This document shows positions 12,596 to 21,544 of a DNA stretch of 64,000 nt, one piece after another. Position numbers and translations under genes: made by a program. Source of the stretch: Candidatus Multivoradales bacterium (lineage in GTDB: Bacteria > Acidobacteriota > Thermoanaerobaculia > Multivoradales > JAHEKO01); the NCBI GenBank assembly GCA_965223155.1, contig CBDCVR010000015.1:608001-672000 (forward strand), written 5' to 3'. The notes under the pieces are model-generated. The model did no database searches. It was given only the letters and a program-made list of their open reading frames with translations, and had not been told where the DNA came from. Position 1 is the stretch's first letter. Every line of letters begins with the position of its first letter.

Positions 12596-13332
12596 GCCGC
12601 CGTCCCTCCGTGGCGCAGTGGGCGCCGGGCCACGACCGCCTCGAGCAGGCCCGTAAAGAGCGCCAGCCCGTCGGTGTTGCCCAGAACCTCCTCGGCGCAA
12701 CGCTCCGGATGCGGCATCATCCCGCACACGGTGCCGGCTTCGTTGACGACGCCGGCGATGGCGTTGGCGCTGCCGTTGACGTTCCACGCGTCGTCCTCCG
12801 AGCCGTCAGGAGCGACGTAGCGAAACACGACCTGCCTGGACCGCTCGATCTCGTCGAGCGCCTGCGGCCGGTCCTCGAAATTGCCCTCGGAGTGGGCGAT
12901 CGGTAACCGGATGACGTCCCCCTTGCGATAGCCGGCCGTGAACGCCACGTCGTCGCGCTCGACTCGCAAGTAGACGTCCCGGCACTCGAAGCGGAGGGTC
13001 CGGTTCTTGCGCAGGGCGCCCGGCAGAAGCCCGCACTCCTGGAGGATCTGAAACCCGTTGCAGATGCCCAGGACCAGCCCGCCGGAGGCTGCGAACTGGC
13101 GCACCGAGCCCAAAATCGGCGAGCGCGCCGCCAGGGCTCCGGCGCGCAGGTAGTCTCCATAAGAGAAGCCGCCCGGGACGACGACCAGCTCGACGTCTTC
13201 GAGCCGCGTGTCCTCGTGCCACAAGAACCGCGTCTCGCAGCCGAGGACGTGCTTCAAGACATGGTAGGCGTCGTGATCGCAGTTGCTGCCAGGGAAGATG
13301 ACCACCCCGGCCCGGACCGAAGCCGCCATCAC
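12592..13332 (-). CDS. purQ: FGAM synthase glutaminase subunit PurQ
   Basis: [25 protein letters not shown] and MMPHPER motifs. Confidence 0.97.
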
Positions 13333-13580
13333 GAAGCCCCTCCGGCCAGCTCGATCTCGTAGTCCTCGACGATCGGGTTCGCGAGAAGCTTCGCGCTCAT
13401 CTCGGCCAGCGCCGCCCGCGCTTCCTCGGCCGACGCGGCCGCCAGCTCGAGCTCGAAGCTCCGGCCCGCGCGCACCTCCTCGACCGCTTCGAAACCCAGC
13501 CGGTGGAGGGCGTTGCGAATGGCCTTGCCCTGCGGGTCCAGGATCTCCTTACGCGGATACACCGTGACTCTAGCTCGCAT
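13329..13580 (-). CDS. purS: FGAM synthase subunit PurS
   Basis: ILDPQG and LLANPIVEDY motifs; lies directly upstream of purQ. Confidence 0.96.
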   Translation of the reverse strand: MRARVTVYPRKEILDPQGKAIRNALHRLGFEAVEEVRAGRSFELELAAASAEEARAALAEMSAKLLANPIVEDYEIELAGGAS

Positions 13581-13622
13581 CTTCGATCTCCTGCCCGCTC
13601 CAAGCCCCGTTGCGCATCCGGC

Positions 13623-14438
13623 TCAGGCGGCGGTTTGCGAACCCACGGGAAACCACGCGGTGGGCTCGTGCTGGCGGCTGACGCGGATCTCGGCGGCGAG
13701 CCCGGCGCGGGCGACCACCTGGGCGATCGATTCCTCGGCCAGCATGGGTAGGTTGTTCGTGGTCGACAAGTGATAGAGCACCACCCAGCGCAGCCGATCG
13801 CTCAGGATCTGCTGGAGGGCTTGGGCGGCATCCTGGTTCGAAAGGTGCCCCCGCGCGCCGGCGATTCGCTTCTTGAGATGCCAGGGATAGGGGCCGCTCC
13901 GGAGCATCTCGAGATCGTGATTGGTCTCCAAGACCAGGGCGTCGAGATCCCGCAAGCGACGCCAGTCGCGCGTGCGCTCGCCCAGGTCGCCCACGATCCC
14001 GAGCCGTTGCCCGCGGAACTCCACCACCATGCCGATGGGCTCGCGGGCATCGTGCGGGATGGCGAAGGGCTCGAGCCGGAGACCCTTCAGCTCGACGTGT
14101 CGGCCGGCTTCCAGAACAAACGGCCTCGGTGCCGGCTCCTGAAGCCGCACCTTGGAAAGGGTCCCCCGGGTCGCATAGATCGGCACCGAGTGCCGCTTCG
14201 AGAATCGGGCCGCGCCACGGACGTGGTCGCCGTGCTCGTGGGTCAAGACCACGGCGTCGAAAGCGCGGTCCTCGATGCCCACCGCGTCCAAGCGCTTCTC
14301 GATCTCGCGGCATGAGAATCCGGCGTCCACCAGAATCCGGCCGTCGCCGGTATCCACCACGACGCAGTTGCCCGAGCTACCCGATCCCAGCACGCAAAAG
14401 CGCAGCTCGGAGTCATCGAAGGGCAGGCGTAGCTGCAT
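13623..14438 (-). CDS. MBL-fold metallohydrolase (YycJ/WalJ-like)
   Basis: LGSGSSGN, THEHGDH, PHDA, ETNHD, GHLSN and HLS motifs. Confidence 0.9.
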   Translation of the reverse strand: MQLRLPFDDSELRFCVLGSGSSGNCVVVDTGDGRILVDAGFSCREIEKRLDAVGIEDRAFDAVVLTHEHGDHVRGAARFSKRHSVPIYATRGTLSKVRLQEPAPRPFVLEAGRHVELKGLRLEPFAIPHDAREPIGMVVEFRGQRLGIVGDLGERTRDWRRLRDLDALVLETNHDLEMLRSGPYPWHLKKRIAGARGHLSNQDAAQALQQILSDRLRWVVLYHLSTTNNLPMLAEESIAQVVARAGLAAEIRVSRQHEPTAWFPVGSQTAA

Positions 14439-14457
14439 TCCCCGGGGTGCTCGCGTC

Positions 14458-15219
14458 CTAGAAGTCGTACGCCCGGCCCTGCTCCAAGAACGCCACCCGG
14501 GGATGGCCTAGGGCCTTGACCTCGCGGACGATGTTCTCGATACAGGGCGGCTTCAAGTGGTGGAGCAAGACTGGCACGTCGCGCTCCAGCTTGGCGACTT
14601 CGGCCTCCATCGTTTGCGGCGTCAGGTGGAGCGAGAGATCGGCGATGCGCTGCATCGAGTTCTCGAAGCTGGTGTCCAGAAACACCGCCTCGAGTCCCGG
14701 GGCGGCGTTGGCGATCTCCCACAGACGCACCGTGGGACCGGTGTCGCTCGACCACACCACCGAGGTGCCTTCGTGCTCGATGAGGTAGCCGAAGGTCGGC
14801 ACCAGATGGTCTACCGAAAAGGGGGTGAAGCGCACGCCCTTCAAGGTGAACGGCACCTCTTCCTCGATCTCGCGGAACCGGATCGAGGGCAGGAGGTTGT
14901 TGGGCAGCCGGGTGAAATCGGGCCAGGAGGCATTGTTGAAGAGATGCTTGCGGATCGAATAGGTCGTCGTGGCCGAGGCGTAGACGTCGATCGAAGTGCG
15001 CTCGCCGCCGTAGACGTTCTCGACGAAGAACGGCAGGGAGCTGGTGTGGTCCATGTGGGAATGGGTCAGGACCACCGATTCCACCTTGCGCTGCCGCTCG
15101 ATCGGCAAGGTCTGCGCCAGGGAACCGGCATCGAGCGCGATCGTCTCGTTGATCAGAAGACAGGTCAGTCGGCAGTGTACGCTTTCGCCGCCGTAGCTGC
15201 CGAGCACCTCGATGCGCAT
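14458..15219 (-). CDS. MBL-fold 3',5'-cyclic nucleotide phosphodiesterase (class II-like)
   Basis: LGSYGG, DAG, THSHMDH, FNNASWPDF, SDTGPT, HLTP and HLKP motifs. Start re-assigned to ATG 15219. Confidence 0.85.
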   Translation of the reverse strand: MRIEVLGSYGGESVHCRLTCLLINETIALDAGSLAQTLPIERQRKVESVVLTHSHMDHTSSLPFFVENVYGGERTSIDVYASATTTYSIRKHLFNNASWPDFTRLPNNLLPSIRFREIEEEVPFTLKGVRFTPFSVDHLVPTFGYLIEHEGTSVVWSSDTGPTVRLWEIANAAPGLEAVFLDTSFENSMQRIADLSLHLTPQTMEAEVAKLERDVPVLLHHLKPPCIENIVREVKALGHPRVAFLEQGRAYDF

Positions 15220-15374
15220 GGGCGCCGCCAGTCTACCCGGCCCGCACCTTGCCCACAACAAGAAACCTCAGCACAACCGAACGGAGAACTCGGATCGGGT
15301 TCCGATCCGGCTCGACCTGACCAAGCACGGCAACGACGGCCCCAACAGTCCCGCCCGAAAGGCGGCGACTCCCG

Positions 15375-18293
15375 CTAGAAGCGGCGCCCGACCCAGATCG
15401 AGGACTCGAAACCGTCGTCCGAGTCCTTGAAGTCCCAGCGCTTGGCGAAGTCCACGTTGACGTCGACCCCGAGGAAGCGCACCGTGAAACCGTAGCCGTA
15501 GCTCGACACCGCGTCCACCAGTCGATCCTCGTCGTCGGCAAACCGAAACGTCTGGAACTCGTCGAACCAGGCGCCGCCGATATCAAGGAACAGGATCGCC
15601 CGCACGCCGCCAAAGCGCACGATCGGCGTCGAGAGCTGGTCGAAGAACGGGAAGCGCAGCTCGAGGTTGGTGTAGAAGCCGTGGGTGCCCACGATCGAAC
15701 GGAAGTCGAACCCGCGCACCGTGTCCAGGCCGCCGAAATAGACCGGGCTGGGCGTGTTGCCATCGGTGGCAATGCCCACCGCCCGAAAGGCCAGATTCGA
15801 GCGCTTGGTCAGGGGCAGGTACTGGCGGAAGTCGAGGGAGGCCCGCTCCACCAGCGTGCCGCTGTCGTCCAGATCCGGCGCCCACAGGTAGCCGAGGTTC
15901 CAGCGCCGGCCCCCGACCGTGCCCCAGGGGCTCAGGACCGAGGTGTCACCGACCACCGAGGTCGAGATCAACGGAAAATCGTCGTCCACGGTGTCGATCG
16001 TGAGGAACCGATTGCCCTCTTCATCGACCCGCAGCACTTGCGCCAGGAACTCACGCATGACGTAGCCAGCGCCGATCTGGAAGCGGTGGGACACGTTCCA
16101 CGGGTAGACCACCGAGCCGATGACCCCGGTCTGGCTGAAAGCGGTGCGCCCACGCCGAAACAGACCCGAGCTCTCATCGACCGCGATGAAGAAGTCCCGA
16201 TCGTCGAAGAGGTGAACCTGCCACTGCCAGCGGTTGGAAAGATTCGAATAGATGACGTCGAAGTTCTGGAAGCTCTCGACCGACTGGAAGACTCCCAGGA
16301 TGCGGCGGTCGCCCATGAAGTCGGACATCTGGATGTAGGTCGTGCCCACGAAGGTCTGGTCGTCCGAGACTCCGACCGTGCCGCCCACGTCCTCGACGAA
16401 GAACCTGCGGCCGCCGAACTTGTCCTTGTTGCGCTCGTCGATCGCCACCTCGATGGCCGGCTCGAAGGACTCGAAGTTGGCGACGTCGACCGGCCCGGCC
16501 TCGAGGTCCTGGGTCGCCACTACCGGCAGCGGATCGGTCACCGGATCCTCCGGATCCAGAAGGTAGAGGTCGTGCCGGCCGCGCCAGAAGGCGGCAAAGA
16601 CCAGGCGCTCCTTGCCGTCTTCACCGGCCAGCACGGTGGGCTGGTAGCAGCCGGTCACGGCGTTGGTGTGCTGGCGCAGCTCCCCGGTGGCGAGCTCCAG
16701 GCTATAGATGTTGTTGACGCCGCCGCGATCCGAGGTGAAGTAGATGCGCTCGCCGCTGGGCGAATAGGTGGCGTCGGTCTCATTCGACTCGCCGTCGGTC
16801 AGGGGATAGCGAACGCCCGGGTTGTCGAGCTGGATCCGGAAGAGCTTGGCGTGGTCGCCCAGGACCGAGGTCACGACGATCGACTTGCCGTCGGGGGCAT
16901 AGGCAGGAGCCGCGTCGAAGATCTCGTCGTCCGTGATCTTGGCGACCGCCCCGCTCTCGACGTCGACTTGCCAGATGTCGAACTGGCCGTTGCGGTGCCC
17001 GCCGAAGGCGACGTGGCGGCCGTCCGGGCTCCAGGCCGGGGCGATCTGCTGATCGACCTCCATGGGAAGGACCTTGTCGATCTTGCCGCGCAGAACGTCC
17101 AGAAGCACCAGACTCCGGCCCTTCTGGCGGCGGGCGAAAAAGGCGACCCGGTCGCCCGAGGGTGAGAAGGCCAGATCCCGGCCCATCTTGCGCCCCATGG
17201 TCAGCTCCTGGGCGATGAAGTACTGGAACTCGGCGTCGTCGAAGCCCTTGGTCAGGTTGCGGATGACCTCGCGCTGGCGGGTGTCGTAGAGGACGATGTC
17301 CACCTGAGCCGAATTGGGACTGGAGAAGGCCGAGCCGTCGGTCGAGAACGCCACCAGAAGATCGCCCGAGGGCGACGCCACCGGCGAGGTCTGAACGCTC
17401 CGGGGGCCGGTTCCCTGGCGGAAGCGGCGGCCGAAGTCCCCCGGCTCGCCGGTCGAGATGAGCTCCGGCAGGTACTTCTTTCGCAGCCAGCGCCGGAAGT
17501 CGCCGTCGAAGTCCTCGGCGTCGATCGCGAAGGTGCGCTCGATCGCGCGCCCGACCCGGCCGCCCAGGGTGTTGCGGGTCTCGATGATGAAGTCACGCAC
17601 CCCTTCCTTGCCCCAGCGCTCTTCGATGAACTGGAAGACCGCCGAGCCGAACCGGTAGGCGAAAAAGCCGCCGAAGTCCGAAGTGACCGGGGGAATGTTG
17701 TCGTTGACCACGGCGTCGCGCAGATACATCTGCTCGCGCGCGCCCTCGTCGTGGGCCATGTAGCTGGCCAGTCCTTCCATGAACCAGGTCGGCGGCGACG
17801 AGGTCACTCCCTTGCTCAGGTTGGCCCCGAAGATCATGTGGTACTCGAAGATGTGGGTGAGCTCGTGCAGCAAGAGCTCGTAGAGCTCGGGACCCGGCAA
17901 GTCGATGGGTAGCACCATCCGGTTCCGAACCGGGCTGGCGAAGGCGCCGATCCCCTCGGGGATGAAGTTCAGGATGATGTTGGTCTGCTCGAAATCGGCG
18001 TGGGTCTCGTAGATGATGAGCGGCGTCGGCTCTTCGATCCTGTAGTTGAAGGCCTGCGAAAGCTCGTCGTAGGCGCTCTCGGCGTAGGAAACGATCTTGC
18101 CGAGCAGGTGCTCCTCGGAATCGTAGTAGTACACGTCGAAATGGGGGGCGTGGTAGATCTTCCAGTCGAAGTCCTCGTACCGGATCTTGTTCTTCCCGAA
18201 CTGGGCGCTCGCCGAGCCGGCCACGAGTACCGCCAGAACGACGGCGAGTCCGCGGGCGACAAGAGTCCTAGGGGCTTGCTGAAAAGCTCTCAT
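15375..18293 (-). CDS. Omp85/BamA-family barrel protein with N-terminal HExxH peptidase-like domain and TolB/PD40 beta-propeller
   Basis: Signal peptide (ASA|QFGKNK), HELTH...WFMEGLA, repeated P.WSPDG/YSPSG, VRGF barrel motif and terminal Phe. Confidence 0.88.
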   Translation of the reverse strand: MRAFQQAPRTLVARGLAVVLAVLVAGSASAQFGKNKIRYEDFDWKIYHAPHFDVYYYDSEEHLLGKIVSYAESAYDELSQAFNYRIEEPTPLIIYETHADFEQTNIILNFIPEGIGAFASPVRNRMVLPIDLPGPELYELLLHELTHIFEYHMIFGANLSKGVTSSPPTWFMEGLASYMAHDEGAREQMYLRDAVVNDNIPPVTSDFGGFFAYRFGSAVFQFIEERWGKEGVRDFIIETRNTLGGRVGRAIERTFAIDAEDFDGDFRRWLRKKYLPELISTGEPGDFGRRFRQGTGPRSVQTSPVASPSGDLLVAFSTDGSAFSSPNSAQVDIVLYDTRQREVIRNLTKGFDDAEFQYFIAQELTMGRKMGRDLAFSPSGDRVAFFARRQKGRSLVLLDVLRGKIDKVLPMEVDQQIAPAWSPDGRHVAFGGHRNGQFDIWQVDVESGAVAKITDDEIFDAAPAYAPDGKSIVVTSVLGDHAKLFRIQLDNPGVRYPLTDGESNETDATYSPSGERIYFTSDRGGVNNIYSLELATGELRQHTNAVTGCYQPTVLAGEDGKERLVFAAFWRGRHDLYLLDPEDPVTDPLPVVATQDLEAGPVDVANFESFEPAIEVAIDERNKDKFGGRRFFVEDVGGTVGVSDDQTFVGTTYIQMSDFMGDRRILGVFQSVESFQNFDVIYSNLSNRWQWQVHLFDDRDFFIAVDESSGLFRRGRTAFSQTGVIGSVVYPWNVSHRFQIGAGYVMREFLAQVLRVDEEGNRFLTIDTVDDDFPLISTSVVGDTSVLSPWGTVGGRRWNLGYLWAPDLDDSGTLVERASLDFRQYLPLTKRSNLAFRAVGIATDGNTPSPVYFGGLDTVRGFDFRSIVGTHGFYTNLELRFPFFDQLSTPIVRFGGVRAILFLDIGGAWFDEFQTFRFADDEDRLVDAVSSYGYGFTVRFLGVDVNVDFAKRWDFKDSDDGFESSIWVGRRF

Positions 18294-18576
18294 GGGTTGC
18301 GTTGCAAGCGCCGTGGCTGTCGCGGGCAGGCGGCGCGACGCAGGCCATGCTGTAGCTTCGTTGAGAAGCGCCAATGCCCCTGCGGCGGCCACGCCGCCGC
18401 AACCCGAAGGGCGGCAAGGGGTTGCGGCGCATCTTCGGCGTTGCTCGTCGTCAACGATGACACCGCATCGATTCCTTCTCGCGTCTGGAAGCTGCACCGT
18501 AAACCCTTGCCGCGCAACCTATGAAAGTTTTTCAGCAAGCCCCTAGACAAACAACGCGACACGCGGCACCCCATTT

Positions 18577-19323
18577 CTAGTTGGTGAACAGAAGGCGCGA
18601 GGTTTCGACGCGCTTCTGACTGAACACGCCGGCGATGCGGTCTTCCAACGCGAACAGGTTTTCGAACATGCCGGTCAGCGGATCCACGCTCTCGCCGGCA
18701 AACTGCTTGAAGTCCTTGAAGTTGTCGGAGTAGAGACGCTCGCCACTGCGGCCGTCGAAGACTTCCATGACGATGTCGTACTCGAACCCGGTCTGCTCGA
18801 CCAGGACCTGCCGGTAGTAGGTGCGGCCGTCGTAGGGCGAGGTATAGGGCTCGGTCTTGTAGCCGCTCCGGTCCTGGACGTCGAAATCAAGGCTGCCCGA
18901 GAGGACGAGGTCGGCGCCGCTACGCTCGCCCACCACTCGCCAGAAGTCCCGGTTCCCGGACAGATCGGCGAAGTCGTAGGTCGGATAGTCGACCGGTCCC
19001 GAATCCACGAACTTGAGCCTGGTCCGCCGCTTGATCAAGCGCTTCAAGTAGCCCTCGAACTCTTCCTGCACGTTGACCCCGCGGCGCTGGATCGGCAGCT
19101 CGCCCTCCTGGGTCACGACCAGAAACGGAGCCAGCGTCACGCTCTCCTTGTCGGTCATGTCGATGCGCGAGCGCACCGGCACCTGAAACCGCACCTCGAC
19201 CGTGCCGGCGACCGCAATCGTGGACATCTCCGGTCCCCCGGCGAGGACGAGCCAGGCGACGGCGGGCGTCAGAACCGACCTAAGCGTCCCTCGAAGTCTC
19301 CCCGGTGTCGTCGCCATCGCCAT
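18577..19323 (-). CDS. Exported hypothetical protein (CsgG/TolB_N-like alpha/beta domain?)
   Basis: ORF with GAGGAG SD, hydrophobic N-region and an ADLVLSGSL..D motif. The start is uncertain (19317-19353). Confidence 0.7.
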   Translation of the reverse strand: MAMATTPGRLRGTLRSVLTPAVAWLVLAGGPEMSTIAVAGTVEVRFQVPVRSRIDMTDKESVTLAPFLVVTQEGELPIQRRGVNVQEEFEGYLKRLIKRRTRLKFVDSGPVDYPTYDFADLSGNRDFWRVVGERSGADLVLSGSLDFDVQDRSGYKTEPYTSPYDGRTYYRQVLVEQTGFEYDIVMEVFDGRSGERLYSDNFKDFKQFAGESVDPLTGMFENLFALEDRIAGVFSQKRVETSRLLFTN

Positions 19324-19375
19324 CATCTCCTCGTACCTATCCAGCTCCTGCAAGCAAACCCGAGACCGGCGCCGG

Positions 19376-19822
19376 CTAACCGTCGTCGGCGCCGGCCGGT
19401 TCGGAGGCCGCGACCTCAGCCGCAGCGTCCTCGCCGTCCTCAGCGGCTTCGGTGGGCTTCAGGGATTCGTAGAACTCCACGAACTGCGCGTAGTTCTTGC
19501 GCAGCTCGCGGTTGCCTTGGTCGGCCTTGAGCGCCTTGCGGTAGTACTCCAGCGCCTTGTCGAACTTGCCGATGGCTTCATAGGCCACCGCCATGTTGTT
19601 GAGCAGCCGGGCGTCTCCAGGACGTTCTTCCAGAACTCGGTTGAACCGGAACAGGGCTTCGTTCCAGAGGCCCCGCTTGGCCATCTGCACCCCGAATTCG
19701 AGCTGCGATCCGGTCCGATCTCGAGCCGCCTCGGCCGGAGCCGCCGCGAGCGCGCCCGCCAGCACGAGCGCAACGCCGGCCCCCCAAACGACTCCGCCAA
19801 CTGTTCGAACCTCGCGCTCCAT
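19376..19822 (-). CDS. Exported tetratricopeptide-repeat protein
   Basis: Signal peptide followed by TPR pattern (G...A..G.W.EA...F; NNMAVAYE..G.FDKA...Y.KAL). ATG at 19822. Confidence 0.88.
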   Translation of the reverse strand: MEREVRTVGGVVWGAGVALVLAGALAAAPAEAARDRTGSQLEFGVQMAKRGLWNEALFRFNRVLEERPGDARLLNNMAVAYEAIGKFDKALEYYRKALKADQGNRELRKNYAQFVEFYESLKPTEAAEDGEDAAAEVAASEPAGADDG

Positions 19823-19994
19823 TCTGGGCAATCGACACGACTCCTTGGGCTGAAAGCGATCGAAACCGTTCCCGATCCGATCGTCTAGCAAGAGACTCTC
19901 CAGCAGTATATACGAGCCCAATCCGGCACAGATTTGTCGAATTTCCGACCCGTATGAACACCAGATTGGCGGCCGGCGTCGCGTCTCCCGAGGC

Positions 19995-21437
19995 ATGGAG
20001 TCCGTGAGCGCCGATCCTGGTGCCACCGCCAAGCCCAAGGCCGAAGTTGGTACCCAAGCCAATGCCGAAGCCGATGCTGAAGCCGGCGCCCGCGCCAGCT
20101 CCGAGGCCAATCCGGACGGTGGTGCCCACCGAGAACCCAGCGGCAAAGCCGGCACCGCGCTCCCCGCCCCGGAGCCAGACCCCCAGGCGGGCGTTCTGCG
20201 GGACCCCATGCCCGAGCAGGTCAAGGCCGATCTCGCCATCGCCCTGAACGCCGCCGGCTGGGCCTCGCAGGAGCCCGTGTGCCGGCTGGCCTTGCGGCCC
20301 GAGCTCTGGTTCGCGACCGCCGGGCCGTCGCGCTGCACTCACCGCGCGCGCCGGCATGCCGCCCGAGCGTGCGGGGTCTCCGCCAAGCGCCTCAACAGGG
20401 CCCTGACCGTGGCGCGGAGCTACCATCGCCGCGCTCGGGCCGAGAGACGCCGGGCCCGTGATCTCGAAGTCGAAATCGTCACCTTCTGGGACGAGGGCTA
20501 CCCGGAGAGTCTGCGGGGTCTCGAGCTGCCGCCACCGGTGCTCTACGTCCGCGGCTCGATCGAGGCCGCCTCCCGTCTCTCGGTCTCGATCGTGGGCTCG
20601 CGGCGCGCCGACGCCTACGGCCTGGACGTGGCCGAGCGCTTCGCGGCCGAGCTCGCCGCCGTCGGACTCAACGTTGTCTCCGGGCTGGCCCTGGGGATCG
20701 ACTCGGCGGCCCACCGCGGTGCTCTCGCCCGCCGAACCTCCTTCGAAGACTCGGACGACCCCCTCCCGGCCGGTGCCGCCGGCCGGGATCGCTCCGGCAC
20801 CACAGTGGCGGTCTTGGGCTGCGGCATCGACGTCGACTACCCCAAGAGCAACCGGGCTCTCGCCCGCCGCATCGCCGAGCACGGCACCCTGATCTCGGAG
20901 TTCGCTCCCGGCACCCCGCCCCTGGCTCGAAACTTTCCGGTGCGCAATCGTCTGATCGCCGCTTTGGGACTGGGCACGCTGGTGGTCCGGGCAACGGCGC
21001 GCTCGGGTTCGCTCATCACCGCCGGCCTGGCGCTGGGGCTGGGGCGCCTGGTCTGGGCGGTCCCGGGCAACGTCTTCGACCCGCGCTCGGCCGGGCCCAA
21101 CACCCTGATTCGAGACGGCGCCCATCCGATCCAGTCGCCGAGCGACCTCGTCGAGACCCTGCCGGTCGCCGTACGGGAGGCGCTCGAGCTCGACCGGCCC
21201 CGCCGCGCCCAGCCCGAGCGCGAGGACCTGCGCCGGCTGGCGGGAATGTTTGAACCCGGCCGGACGTTGACCCAGCACGACCTCGTCCGCGCCAGCGGCC
21301 TGCCCATCGACCGGCTGCTGGGGCTTCTGACCGAGCTCGAGCTGGGCGGGTGGATCCGGCGCTTCGCGGGTCCGAGCTGGGCCCAAGCACCGGTCCTCCC
21401 CGGCGGCACCGGGGAGACGGAATCCACCGAGCGATGA
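19995..21437 (+). CDS. dprA: DNA-processing protein DprA (Smf)
   Basis: PP.LYVRG, IVGSR, SGLALGID, FPVRNRLIA and SGSLITA motifs plus a C-terminal winged helix. True start may be ATG 20208. Confidence 0.93.
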   Translation: MESVSADPGATAKPKAEVGTQANAEADAEAGARASSEANPDGGAHREPSGKAGTALPAPEPDPQAGVLRDPMPEQVKADLAIALNAAGWASQEPVCRLALRPELWFATAGPSRCTHRARRHAARACGVSAKRLNRALTVARSYHRRARAERRRARDLEVEIVTFWDEGYPESLRGLELPPPVLYVRGSIEAASRLSVSIVGSRRADAYGLDVAERFAAELAAVGLNVVSGLALGIDSAAHRGALARRTSFEDSDDPLPAGAAGRDRSGTTVAVLGCGIDVDYPKSNRALARRIAEHGTLISEFAPGTPPLARNFPVRNRLIAALGLGTLVVRATARSGSLITAGLALGLGRLVWAVPGNVFDPRSAGPNTLIRDGAHPIQSPSDLVETLPVAVREALELDRPRRAQPEREDLRRLAGMFEPGRTLTQHDLVRASGLPIDRLLGLLTELELGGWIRRFAGPSWAQAPVLPGGTGETESTER

Positions 21438-21544
21438 CTCGGGACGGTTCGGGGGTGCCGCGCGGGATTCGGCCCATGGCGTGGTTGCGGGCGTTTCGGG
21501 CGCGGTGGTAACGTCCGCCACCGCCCGGCGGCTGGTTTTCAAGA

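Noticed and set aside
19995-20207. DprA N-terminal Ala/Glu-rich extension as a new domain
   Set aside because: It is low-complexity 6-bp-periodic sequence and may not be translated if the start is ATG 20208.
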